Positions 1 to 13,093 of a DNA stretch of 64,000 bases are shown here, piece after piece (the stretch's first letter is position 1; each line of letters opens with the position of its first letter). The notes beneath the pieces were generated by a model. The model did not search any database and was not told the DNA's origin. It saw nothing but the letters and a program-made list of their open reading frames with translations. Source of the stretch: Phyllosticta citribraziliensis (Eukaryota); assembly GCF_038025025.1 (NCBI RefSeq), contig NW_027117350.1, forward strand, positions 62,001-126,000, written 5' to 3'. The position numbers were made by a program, and so were the translations under genes.

Positions 1-2756
1 TATATTAAAGACTAATTACTTTATACCTTATTATAATAGAGGGGTATCTATAATAAGGATTTAGATTAGTTTTCCTTTAATAAGATAACTAGCTTAGAGG
101 TAGTTCTTAAAAGAGAGAGTAATTAAGTACTACTTATAATTAGTAGTAGTATTATACTTAAAGAGCTAGGAGTCTCCTAAGATAAGAGGAATTTATAAAA
201 TAGTAGTAATATAGTAGAAGACCTAATTAATATAGTCTTCTAATACTATATTTACTAGGGTAGTATATTTAAGGATAGAGTTAACTAACCTATTAGTATT
301 AAGGAGCTTTATAGGTAACTAGAGTAGGAATATATTAATATAATATTTATATATAATTCTTATTAATTATATTTACTTTAGTACTACTATTAAATAAGAT
401 CTCTATAGAGGAACTATCTATTAAAGAGTAAAAGACTAAGTAGCCCCTAACTTAGGGTTAAGTAATATCTAGTATTAAAATCTTATAAAATAGTAAGCTA
501 AGAGTTAAATCTTATTTAATAGGAAAGGAATAAAGGGATATAAGCTATATTAGCTAAGAATTTAGAGGGTAACTATCCCCTAGGTTTAACCTTTTAACTT
601 AGAGTTAATATTAGTTTCCTTATTAATAGAAGAATATTCTAATAAACTAATATCTATAAGATTTATATAAGTAGGATAGGAGCTAGTATTCTAAATAGGA
701 TAGATAGTATTATTAGTATAGTATCTAGAATCTTAGTAGTAGAAGTAGTAGTCCTAAGTAGTAAGCCTTATATAGCTAGTTAAATTAAGCTTCTTAGAAG
801 ATAGTTTAGACTTATACTAGGCTCTAATCTAATCTAGAGGCCTTATAGCTATAGGCTTCTATTTAGGGCTAGAGTTAGTATTAGGGGTTAAGGCTAGTAT
901 ATAAAAAGTAGAATAGATAGAGTTACTTCTAGCTAGCTAGTTTTACTAGTAAGAGGACTAGATATAAGGCTAGTAGGTATTAATACTAAGAGTATTTCTT
1001 TTAATATTTTAGAGAATTTTAAGGGCCTTAAAAGTCTAGGTAAAGATTAAATAGAGAATATAATAAGAGAGGGAGGGGTAAAGAGAGTAAATAAAGCTAT
1101 AGAGTTATTAGTCCTTTATATAATTAGCTTAGGACTAGAGAGTAAGGAGTCTTATATAGAACTAGAAGGTATTTTTATCTCCTCTCTAGTAAATAGAGTA
1201 GAGTTTAATATAGGCCCTTTTAACTAGATCTAATATACTAGACTAGTATTTAATTTTATAAAAGAAGTTAAAAAGGGAGATAAGGTAGCCTTCTTAATTA
1301 TAATAAGTAAACTATTCTTATATAAAGATAAAGAGAGGATTATTAAGAAAGTAAAGAGTATAAAGTATCTTCCTCTTTTCTATAAAGTAGAGAGGTATAT
1401 CTACTTTTAACTTAATTTTAATAGTAAAGTACTACTAGATATATTTATTAGAGTTTATACTATTAAATTTCTCTAATAGATATATACTAGATTTCTAGAA
1501 GGATTTAAATAGGTTAACCTAAGTAGTAGTAGAGTCTTTATAGAGGAAGGGGGTCTCTTTATAGTTATATATTAGGGGTTAGGTAGTAATTATATAATTA
1601 CTAAGAGCTTAGCTTATAGGTTCTTAAATTATAGTAAAGTAAGGAGGCTAGACTAAGTAATAGAGAGAGAGGTCTTTATTATTATTAATAACCTTAATAT
1701 AAAGAGTATTAGTAACCTTATTAGAGAGCTAGTTCTATAAGGAGATAGCTTTAACCTCTAAGGTATAAATCTCCTTAATAAGGGTTTAATAGTCTACTTT
1801 CTAAGCTAATATAGTAGTATCTTATCTTTCTATCCTAATATAGAGCCTATTAATAGTATAGCTAAGACTAAAGTTCTTTTTCCTAAGTTTATTAAAGATA
1901 CTTTTTATACTATTATAGGAGGCCTAGAGGTATTTAAAAGTAGTTATTTCTTTTATAATAAATAAAGGAATTCTAGAGATAGGGATATAGTAAAGTATTT
2001 AATAGTAGTCTTTAATAAGGTCTTAGAGAAAGGTAAATAAGGAGGGGGTAATATTTAGAGTTTTAGTAATAAAATCTTTAAAGATATATAGGGATTTCTA
2101 TTTTAAAGGGAATAAATAGTAGGCTCCTCTATTATAGATAGAGAGGCTAGTAAGGTTTAAGCTAGAATAGATAACTAGAATAGTAGTATAATTAGATAAG
2201 AAGTTACTATTATTATTAATACTAGTAGTTTCTAAGCTAAGGAGTAGGATATTAGCTAGGTTTATATTTAGATATATAATAAAAGGGCCTTTACCCTTAT
2301 CTAGTTAAGGTCCTTATTTATTAATAAAGAGTAGATAGCTAGAGGCTACTACCTTAGCCTTATTAATATTAAATTTAAGTATATTAGAGATTTAAGAGGC
2401 TAATTTATTTAAAGTATTTTAAGTAATATCTACTAGAGTATTAGTAGTAGAGGAAGCTTAGAATAAGACTAATTAAGAGTAGATAATAGGGATATAGTAT
2501 AAGTACTTTATAAAGTAGTAAGGGTAGGAGCTAGAGGCTTTAGAAAATATAGTATTCTAGGTACTAATTAGTAAGGTAGATTTTTAAAATAGAAAATAGA
2601 GGCTACTTTAAATATAGTAATAAGGTTATTAGGTAAAGTTAAAGAGACCTTAGACTTATATAAGGCTTAAAGAGGTAAGTACTATATTTAGCTAACTAAA
2701 AGTCTAAGATAAAGAGAAAAAGGAGAAGTAGTACTAAGAAGAAGGTAGAAATATAG
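1..2756 (+). pseudogene. RIP-inactivated long ORF of unknown function (5' end outside window)
   Basis: Frame +1 (translated ~570-2200) reads as coding-like codons interrupted only by TAA/TAG, which RIP can derive from CAA/CAG/TGG/CGA. The purine-rich + strand continues to ~2750. No motif recognised. Confidence 0.45.
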
Positions 2757-4494
2757 TTATAATAGGCTAATTACTTAGCCTACTAAGTAAGTATATAGTT
2801 ATATACTTACTTATACTAGGTTAGGTTCTAGTAAACTAGTCCTTATATAGGCGCGGGCCTAATAAACTAGGACTAGTAATATAGTTATATCCTCTTTTAG
2901 TTAATAATAAGTCTTAAGTATAGGATACTCTATAGCCTAGCTAGAAGGATAGATTAAGGGGGACTATAGTTAAGTTACTAGTACTATATACTTAGCTTAA
3001 TTATACTAATAGTAGAGTAGTCTACCTAGAAAGATTTATTATAAATAAAGTAGGCCTTAATAAGAGATCTTAGAAGGGGTTATAATAGAGTAGGTTATAA
3101 GTTAAGTAAGGGAAGTAAAATTAGGATAACTAGATAGTAGGATTAGCTATAGAAAAGAGGGGATACTTATTAGGTAATATAGCTAGTATTAAGGTACTAG
3201 TATAGCTACTCTATAGAGGTTCTATAAGGAGTACTAGAATAAACCCTAGTCTTAATAGAGCTAATAGCTAGGAGACTACCCTAGCTCTAATCTAATATAA
3301 AGAAGGGGGGCTAAGGTAGAGTAGAGGGTAATTAGTATTAATCTAATATTATTTTAATACTTTATTTAGGAGTATAAAATATAGTTAAGGGAGTTATTAG
3401 ATAACTAGTAGGAGTAAATAAGGGTAAGATAGGAGATATAGTAGGGTGCCTAAGTAACCTTAAGGAAATAGTATATTAAAGAATTATCTATATATTACTA
3501 CCCTATTAAGTAGTTAGAGTATATAATAACTAGGATAACTATAAAGAAAACTATAGATCCTTTAGATATACTAGTTCTAATATATTTATAGTAACTACCC
3601 TTATCTCTTTAGGATATATAGAAGGGCTAAATCCTCCTAGGAGGAGCTACTTTTCTAGAGTCTAAGGGTAAGTAGAGGTACTTATAGTAGGGAGTATAGT
3701 AGATAATTATATAGTTAGAGTTAGTTATAGGGGTTAAATTAGTAAGCTATAAGATATATAAGAGTATTCTATATACTATTACTACTACTTATTAATTATA
3801 TAACTAACTACTTTCTTAGCTAAGCTAGTTAGGGAACTATCCTTCCTAGTCCTATACTATATAATTAGATAGACTTATTATACTTCTTTAGACTATTAAG
3901 AGCTAGTACTAGTATAGGATAATAAATATATAACTAGATAATTATACTATCTTATATAGTTAAGGATATCTAAATAGGCTATTTCTAATATATATATATA
4001 TACTAAGGAAAGTTATTATTCTAGTTAACTAAATTCTATACTCTTTTTACTATTTTATCTAGTAGTCTATCTATATTAGGTATAGCGCCCTAGGGAGCTT
4101 TACTAAATTATATAGAAGTAAGTTTTTTAGAGTAATTAGTTAGGATATAAAGTAGAAGTATCAAGGAATAGTATCCTAGCTATTTATAAAGGGCACCTTT
4201 TAGAGCTAAGAGTTAAAATAGTAGTAGCTTTTACTATTAGGCTTATTTAAGGGAAAGATTATTAGATCTAGTATAGCTTTTACTATATATTTAACTAAAG
4301 GGGAAAAGTAGGTAGTAGTACTTTTATACTTTTAGCTAATATTTTAATATAGGTCACCCTATAGAGATAGTAGATTCTTATCTAATAGGAATAAGTATTA
4401 TAAGTAAGGTTTATTAATTAGGCTAAGCTAACTATTAAATAGGGACCTATAAGAAGGGGGGGCCTACTAAGGAAGGTACCTATAAGGGGGTCAC

Positions 4495-4526
4495 CTATAG
4501 CACTAATAAGTACGCGCGCAACTAGT
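4495..4526 (+). mobile_element. Helitron-like 3' terminus (GC-rich palindrome followed by CTAG|T)
   Basis: 'gcactaataagtacgcgcgcaactag|t': CTAG at 4522-4525 is followed by T, and a CG-retaining palindrome lies just upstream. The neighbouring gypsy pol frame is cut exactly here. Confidence 0.4.
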
Positions 4527-7500
4527 TATTAATAACTATCTAATAAGCCCTAAGAAGGTTTTAAGCTTCTAAAGGGTATTTAGGAAAGTAAGGTCCTTAA
4601 TAGTATAGATCTTATCTTTATAGGTAATTACTCTATAGCTATAGATATACTAATCTAAGTATAAAACTAAAGGGTATCTAAGTAGTATCTTACTAGGTAA
4701 TAAAGAGATCTATCTATTATCTAGTACCTTTAGTATAGAGTCTAGGTATATAAGATATTTATTAAAAGTTTTAGAGTATATTAGTATATTATTAATATAT
4801 ATAAAAGTAAAATCCTAGTAGCTAATATAGTATAGGATATTATTAAATTAGTACTAGATATATAGTATACTATTATAGAATCCTATAAGAGCTACTACTA
4901 GGGTTTCCTAGCTATAGTAACTCTAGATTATTATATAGTACTAGTAGGCTTACTTAACTAACTATTAATAGAAGAAAGATTACCTATTAATAAGTAAGGT
5001 ATCTAAATATCCCTATAAATAGCTTACTAAGTCCTAGATTATTTTTAAAGTATACTTACTATAGTATATTAGGGTATTTAACCCCTAAATATCTATAACT
5101 CTATAACCCTTATACTTATACTAAACCTATAGGGGCCTATCTCCTAATCTAGGAAGCTAGTAGTACTTATTCTTCTAGATAATAAAAGCTAGCTAAGTAA
5201 ATTCTATTAGCTTATCTATCTATAATATTTTAGGTATCCTATCTATAGTAATCTAGTTATATAAGTCCTTAAAGGTCTTATTTAGTACCTACTTACCCTT
5301 ATAGGATATACTATATACTTAAGTTAGTAGGAGGTATCCTAGCTTATCTTATTAGTTATCTACTAGATTAATAGGTATCTAGTCTTCTTTAGGTATATTA
5401 ACTATAGTATATTAGTCTATAAAAAGTAGTAGATACTTCTCTAGGATCTTCTAAAAGGTATTAATATAATCTAGTAGACTATAGATATAAATACCATTAT
5501 CTAGGGTAGTTTCTAGCTCTAGTAGGATTCTATTATAGAATATACCTATTATAGAGTAGTTAGATACCTAGTAGTAGCTATTAATTTCTATAGCTACTAA
5601 GTATCTAAGCCTTACTTATTATAGGGTTATAAGTAGCTTATCTATATTATTATAAGTAAATAGCTAACTAAAATCTAAATTATATACTATATAATATAGG
5701 ATACTACCTTAAACTAAGAATAGGATCTAGCTAGTCTACTAATTAGGCTAAAATTTATAGAGATAGTTAGAGAGATCCTTACTAGCTATTATACTAATTA
5801 GTACTAAGGAGTATAGCTTAATAATTATATACTATATAGCCTTAATAACCCTATATACTAGGGTAGTATACTTCTATAGTACTACCTTAGTCTATAGATT
5901 ATAGTAGAAGGGCTAAGTTACTATACTTTATAAGCTATTAATTAGGACCCCTTAAGGTTAGATAATATTTATACTAATAATTAGTAGGATTAGTATATTA
6001 TTAATTACTCTTATATAGTATTATACTATCCCTATAGCTTATAAGCTATTAGGTAGTACCCCTAGTAAGTAGAGTAGTAAGAGGATATACTTATTAGATA
6101 CTATAGGTTTACCTACTATTCTATATATAGTACCTACTATTAGTAGGGTCTAGATCTTAATATTTAGTAGTTTATTATATAGGAAGCTTCTTACTACTAA
6201 GGATAAAGATACTCCTATATCTAGGTAAGCTATATTAAGGAATCCCTTAGATATAAGCTAGAAACTTATTTCTATAGATTAGTATATAGGGAAATAGAGA
6301 GGTACCTAGATATCTATTATATTTACTAAGGAACTAATTATCTATAGATCCTAAATATTTATAGTTAAAATAGTATTAAGTACTTTAGATATCTAGTTAA
6401 GCTAATAATTAGATTATTTAGTTTTATTACTCTTAGACCTATTATATACTCTAGTAGGATAGTCCCTTAAATATATAAATAGTTTATTATATAATATAAA
6501 GTATATTAGATAAAACTAGTATCTATATAGTAGGACTAGTTAAGTATTATCTAGGGTCTTATTACTAGTACTAGCTAATAGGCCTAATAGGGTAAGGGTA
6601 ATAAAGAGTATAAAGTCCTTATAATAGTAATAAGCTATATCTTCCTCTATAATATCTTTATCTACTAATACCTTATTACCTTTATCTAGAGTACTATCTA
6701 AAGTATCTCCTTCTTCTTTATTATTACTACTATCTAAGCTACTAGTATAGTAATTAGGCTATACCTTAGCTAGGCCCTTATCCTTCTAGTTCTAGTATTA
6801 GGATTTTAAATTAGTAGTATTTCTAGTATACTTAGGTAGAGTAGATAGGGCCTTTTTAATAGGATATATAATCTACTTCTTAGCTATAGTATTATTTATA
6901 TAACCCTAGCCCCTATAATAGAAGTTATTAGTATTATTATAGGGATTTTATAAGATTCCTTACTAATTAGTATTATATATAAAAGATTACTTACTTACTT
7001 AGGGATATACCTTATTATATAGCTTATACTATATATACTAGTATAATTTAATATCCTAGATAAAATCTTCTATAGTAGTATCTACTTATAGGTATAGGAT
7101 AAGTATATAATATTATACTTCTATCTTATTCTAGGCCTATATTAACTAGCTATATACCCTAGTAAGGCTAGATACCTTATTATAATAGATATAATCTAAT
7201 ATAAAATCTACTATTAGGGTATTATTATATATACTATATTTATTAAATTTTATTTTATCTAGCTACCTTATAGCTTTATAGACTAATAATCCCTATTACT
7301 CCTATAGTACTTATACCTAGTTATTAATACTATTACTATCTAGGAGTATATCCTAGTAGGCCTTTATTAATTATTAGATATACTATTTAGAGATATATCC
7401 TTTAAGGTATTACCCTAAGTTTTTATATATAACTTATACTAGAATATATTATAAGGATATATCTATAGCTTTAATAAATTATTTAATATTTTAGTAATAG

Positions 7501-8105
7501 GTCTATATTCCTTTAATTATAATATTACTAGGTTTAAATTTAGCTTCTAGGAGGTATAGGTTAAAGAAGCCTACCTTCTTAGGGCTAGACTTTAGTACTA
7601 GTAACTACTATTAATATAGGGGAAATAATTACTACTAATCTAGGTTAGAGGTAGTCTATAGACTAGTATTACCTAGGTATTTTATAGCCTTCCTTTTATA
7701 ATTTATATACTAGATTATAGCCCTTAGGCTCTCCTAGTTAGTTTAAGCTTCCTAGATAGTATCCTATTAGGCTTACTAGTATATTTCTAGGGTTTAGAAT
7801 AATTTACCTAATTATATATTAATTTTAGCTATACTAGTATTAATTATAGTAAGTCTTATTCCCTACTAGCCTAGTAACTTAGATTAGTCCTTTAACTATT
7901 ATATTAGGTTAGTAATAGCTATATCCTAAGTACTAAGATTAGCTTTAAGGTACTAGGCTTAGGCCCCTATAAATACTAGTAGGTCCTCTATATTACCTTA
8001 TTTACTATCTCTAGATCCCTTACTAGTTCCTCTACCCCTAGATATTATAACTCTCTAGTAGTATTAAGAACCTATATTTAATTAGCTTATAAGGTGGTAT
8101 TTAGG
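4526..8105 (-). mobile_element. Truncated Ty3/gypsy retrotransposon (gag-protease-RT), RIPped
   Basis: Minus-strand de-RIP motifs: gag 'EVGFFDP' (~7555-7585), protease 'ACLDTGAS' (~6207-6230), RT 'VALMGFCNS..YVQR' (~4860-4900), YIDD (4788-4799), 'LETFLGLVGW' (~4535-4565). It ends abruptly at 4526 with no RNase H or integrase in the window. Confidence 0.85.
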
Positions 8106-9499
8106 TACTCCTAGGGGTAGGAGTATAGGAAGTAGCTTATATTAGTTATATTATAGTAACTAGGAAGGTTTTAATAAAGGGAATTAAGTATTTAGGTAGT
8201 TAGTATTAAATTAAGTATCTAGGTACTTAGTATTATACTAGATAATTATATTAAGAGATCTACTATATATATCTAAGGAGAGGTTATTACTACTTATATT
8301 ATAATAGTTAGGAAAATAAAAGGCTCTATAGTAACTAGGTTAGTATAGGTTTAGATCTATAGAGTAGGATTTATAGCTTAATATATAAGAGTAGTAAAAA
8401 AGATTAGAAGGTATATAAGGAGAAGTTAAATATCTAAGGGATATATTAAAGGAGGAAGTATTAAATAGTTATTATTAGATATAGCTAGGTATTAAAAGAC
8501 TAGTAGATTCCTAGGTAGGTAATAGTAGGTATATTATACCTATATTAAGGCCTAGGATCTAGTATAATAACTACTATTATAGTTATTTAGTTACTATAGT
8601 ACCTAGTTATTATATACTATTTTTATAACTAGTAGATCTATATAGGCTAAACCTATAGAGGGTAATTATACTATACTTCTTAATTATACTCTAGGAAGAC
8701 TATTATACTAAGGGTACTTATAGTATTAAAGAGTAGATAGGAGTTAAAGTATATAGTATTATAATATATTAAGAAGTAGTAGGGGTTAAAGATAAGAGTA
8801 CTAGTATAGCTAGTATACTTATAATACTAGCTAGGAAATATATAGTATCTATAGATTAGCTTATTAGTACTAGTATCTAGCTTATAATTATCTAGGATTA
8901 GCTAGAAGAACTAAGTAGTAAGCTTATAATACTAGATAGTAGGATAGAGCCTTATAACTAATTCTTATAGGCTAGTATACTAATCCTAGTAACCTAAGTA
9001 GTATACTTATTAATAAACTCCTATATAGTATATAAGAGTGCCTATTAGCCTTTAGCTATAGAATTCTTAGTAATAGGGTATCTAAGAAGTACCCTACTAA
9101 CTAGATTTCTTATACTAGCCTAGATCTTAGGAGGATTAAACTATTATATAAAGATAAAGATTAACTAATAGGTTAAGGTAAGGAGTAGATCTTAGAGGGA
9201 CTAAGGGCTAGTATCTAAGAGAGTCTATAATTACTAAGTAAGTAGTTAAAGTCTTATAGGTAGTTCTTATTACTCTATAGTTATTAAGATAGACTAGGTT
9301 AGATTCTAGGTATAGGAGGATATTAATATACTATTAATATAGTAGAAGATATATTATATATTTAGATCTAAGTAGCTAGTATAGTAGTAGTAGAAGTAGT
9401 ATAAAAAGGGTTTTAACTTATAGAATAACTCTTTTTAGCTACTATATATAATAATCTAACTAGATATTTATAGTATTAATTTAGGTATAAGAGTTATCT

Positions 9500-10149
9500 T
9501 ATTTCTTAGACTATCTATATAGCTAAAGTACCTATTCCCTATAACTACTAAGCTTACTAAGCTTACCCTTAGTATCTAATAGCTTTACTAGATCCCTATA
9601 GGATCTACTACTATATCTTATACTAGATAGGTAGCTTTACCCCCTATAAGTTACTAACTATATAGTTAAGGTTACTTATATCCTAGATATAGTTAGTATA
9701 GCAGCCCTATAAGAAACTAGGTAGGTAATAATAATTAATAAATATATAAGTATTAGTATTATTATAATACTTAGTATAGCTAATAGGGTTATTAATACTA
9801 GTATACTAGATAAGAAAAGTATTATATAAGCTAGTATAAGTCTCTACTAATATATAGTTAAAATTTTAGGCTAAAACTATAATATATAAATATAGTAGAC
9901 TATCTCCTAGAGCTAATATATATCTAGTATACTCTTATACTTTATAGCTATCTAAGTAAGCCTATACTAGTTAGTTAAGGTATTCTTATATTAGTAAAGA
10001 AAACTTACCTATATAATACTCTTAATATTCTCTTAAGGTATGTTAAGTACCTATTTAAAGTCCTACTTAATAGGCTCCTCCTTAGAACTAATAGGTAATA
10101 TAGTAATATAAATCTTACTATTATTACTATTATATAAAGTAATAGGCAT
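9500..10149 (-). pseudogene. RIPped intron-containing host-like gene fragment
   Basis: Surviving ATG at 10149 opens ~47 codons up to a GTAAGT donor (10008), followed by a CTAAC branch point and TAG acceptor at ~9963-9967. Product not recognised. Confidence 0.3.
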
Positions 10150-11119
10150 TAAGTACTTAGCTATAGGGACCTAATAAGCTATAGGATTATAATAATAGTA
10201 TATATAAATAGGTTCCTCTTCTTCCTTATCTAATACTATCTATATAATAGTAAAGTAATAATAATATAGTATAATAATAGGTAAAGCTAACTACTTAATA
10301 ATAGGCTAAGCTAATAATAACAATAAACCTTATATAATAACCAATAATACTAATTATATAGGACCTAATACTATAGGATAGTACTAGTAAAGTAATAGTC
10401 CTAGCTAAATAAGCCTAGCCTAGCCTAACTATATAGTTATATAAGTAACCCTAGTATTTTATCCCTCTATAACTATATCAGTTAGTAAGATAGGGTAATA
10501 AAGTAGTAAAACCTAGATATATAAAGCTACCTAGTAATAAATTAGTCCTATTAGAACTAGATAAGTTAGTAATAATCTTTAAGTAAGATAGGCTCTCTTA
10601 CTATAGTACTACTCTATATAATAGTCCTAGTAGATACTACTAGTAGGAATAGCTCTCTAAGTAAGTAGTAACTAAGATAGATTATAGATAATACTATATA
10701 ATAGAATAGTAGTATATAAGGATTTCTAACTACTAGTATAAGTAGTAGCTATAGTAATAGGAGATAAAAGACTTAAAGAGATATTAGGGTTAGTTTCTAT
10801 CTTATATAGCTCTTTTAAGCCTTTATATAACTATTAGTTTACTAGATTATAGCTAATTTAGCTAGGATAATAATATACTTTAGTAAGGAGCTTAGAATAT
10901 AGCTAAGGTAGATAGTAACCTTTTATAGGTTATATAGTAATAGAAGATAGTAATAGAGAAAGATAGTATAGTAATAAAGCTAGACTAATAATTATACTTT
11001 ATAACTATATAGAATACCTAAATTACTAAATACTACTACTATATATTATAAGTCTATACCTATATAAGTGCCTATAGCTACTAATTCTTATAATTTTAGC
11101 TTCTCTTTAGGGGGGGTAA

Positions 11120-11476
11120 TATTATAATAGGTATTATATACTTATATAAGTACTAATACTAGTATAGATAAACCTAGTATTATATAGTTATAAGCTACTA
11201 GCTACTATAACCTTAGGCTAATACTAGCCACTATAGCCTTAGACTAATACATTATAATAATCTATTAATACCTCACCTTTAAGATTAACCTAATAATAAT
11301 TACTAACCTTTATATAAAGGTTTAGAGGTATATAGGTATAAAGGAAAGGTTAGGAAGTAAGTATATTTTATATTTTATTCTTTTAACTTATTATATTTAA
11401 TTAAGATATATATATATTCTCTAGTAGTTCACCTTTAGCCCTAACCTAAAAAATAAGAATCTTATAAGTTATAATA
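11120..11476 (+). mobile_element. LTR (3' LTR preceded by polypurine tract), gypsy family B
   Basis: Termini tattataa...gttataata are RIPped TGTTGTAA...GTTACAACA. It is preceded by 'tagggggggtaa' (PPT-like) and homologous in inverted orientation to 12693-13093. It has an internal 26-bp tandem duplication at 11198-11249. Confidence 0.8.
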
Positions 11477-12692
11477 AATATAGTATATAAGTATATATAG
11501 CTATTTCTTAGTATCCTTATACTTATATAGACTCTATAGAAGATTATCTAGGAATTTAAAGATATCCTTATCTAAAGTAATCTTATTAGCTTTTATATAA
11601 GAAGTAAGGAAAGGAGTTAAGTATTATAAGACCTCTCTACTAATATAGGAAATAATATATCCTATAATATTCTTCTTAGTTTCTTCTAGTATACCTTTAG
11701 TAAAATAGTTATAGTTTTATTTAATTTTATTTTAAATAAGGAGAGTCTAGTATTTATATAAGGGATCTTCTCTATTAGTAAGAAGAGGAGAATTAGGAAT
11801 CTTTCTATTTTAATATTTCTTATTAGAGAAAGAAGTAGATATCTTAGCTATACTTTCCCTTATATAGATAGTTAGAGGGCTAAGAGACTTTTATATTCTT
11901 CTAGTAGAAGGATCTTAGGATATAGTAATAAATTTTAGGCCTTAGTCTTTAATTTTTAAGGGCCTTATAACTAAATCCCTTAAAGATTCCTTATAGGTAT
12001 TAGTATAGTTTAAGAGTATTTACTTAAGAGCCTAATTTTATCTTTATATATAATTTAATTACTACTATACTTAAAGCTTATTTAAGGGAGCTACCTTAAT
12101 CTTAAATTATTTAATATCTTAATATAGTACCTTTATAAAGGCTTCTATAATTAGAGCCTTTATTATATAGGTAGGTCCTAGATTTTAAGTATACTCTTTT
12201 ACTTCTACTAATCTAACTATGTAGAACTTATAGAGGAAAATAGGAGGAGGTCCTTATTTTTTCTTAATTAAAGATTATCTAGGGTTATATAAGTCTTTAG
12301 TTCCTTTATATAAATCTTATTAGATAGATTAACTAGTATTAGTACCCTTAGTAATACTAGATATATTAGCTTTATTCTTAGCTATATATCTTTAATAGTT
12401 TTTTACTTAGAATATTCCTTAAGTAGGTATAGATAGGATACCTCCTAAATATTTATATACTACCCTATAGTCTTAACTAAAAACTTCTATAGTTAATATA
12501 TAGTTAATACTTCTTAGCTATTAGATAATACTAATATATCTAATAAGGATAACTTAGGTTTACTAGAGAAAAGTAATAAGTAGTCTTATATAAGATTATA
12601 GCTATATATAATATTACTTAGGTTAAGTATTATAATACCTTTATAGGTAATAAAATAGGATAGAGCTAATACTTAGAATAATTTTTTATATC
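11477..12692 (-). mobile_element. Truncated gypsy gag following the 12693-13093 LTR
   Basis: Minus-strand de-RIP 'KIPDxPLLTDGEDP.YE.W...Q.K...N.DHF' (~11705-11803) is the typical fungal gypsy Gag motif. It is cut off at the 11476 LTR end. Confidence 0.7.
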
Positions 12693-13093
12693 TATTATAA
12701 CTTATAAGTTTCTTATTTTATAGGTTAGGGCTAAAGGTAACTACTAGAGAATATATATATATATATCTTAATTAAATATAAAAAATTAAATATAATAAAT
12801 TAAATATAATAAATTAAATATAATAAATTAAATATAAAAAATTAAAAGAATAAAATATAAGAGATATTTACTTTCTATCTATTTCCTAACCTTTCCTTTA
12901 TATATATCTACCTCTAGTTCTTTATATAAGGGTTAGTAGTTAATATTAGGTTAATCTTAAAGGTAAGATATTAATAGGTTATTATAATATATTAGCCTAA
13001 GGTTATAGTAGCTAGTAGCTTATAATTATATAATACTAGGTTTATCTATACTAGTATTAGTACTTATAATAGTATATAATACCTATTATAATA
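12693..13093 (-). mobile_element. LTR (5' LTR), gypsy family B
   Basis: The reverse complement aligns end-to-end with 11120-11476. It contains about 5 tandem copies of a 14-15-mer (aattaaatataa[t/a]a) at ~12770-12845. Confidence 0.8.

Noticed and set aside
11120..13093. DNA transposon with long TIRs
   Set aside because: Each repeat has LTR-type termini, one has a PPT, the interior encodes a gag motif rather than a transposase, and there is no TSD.
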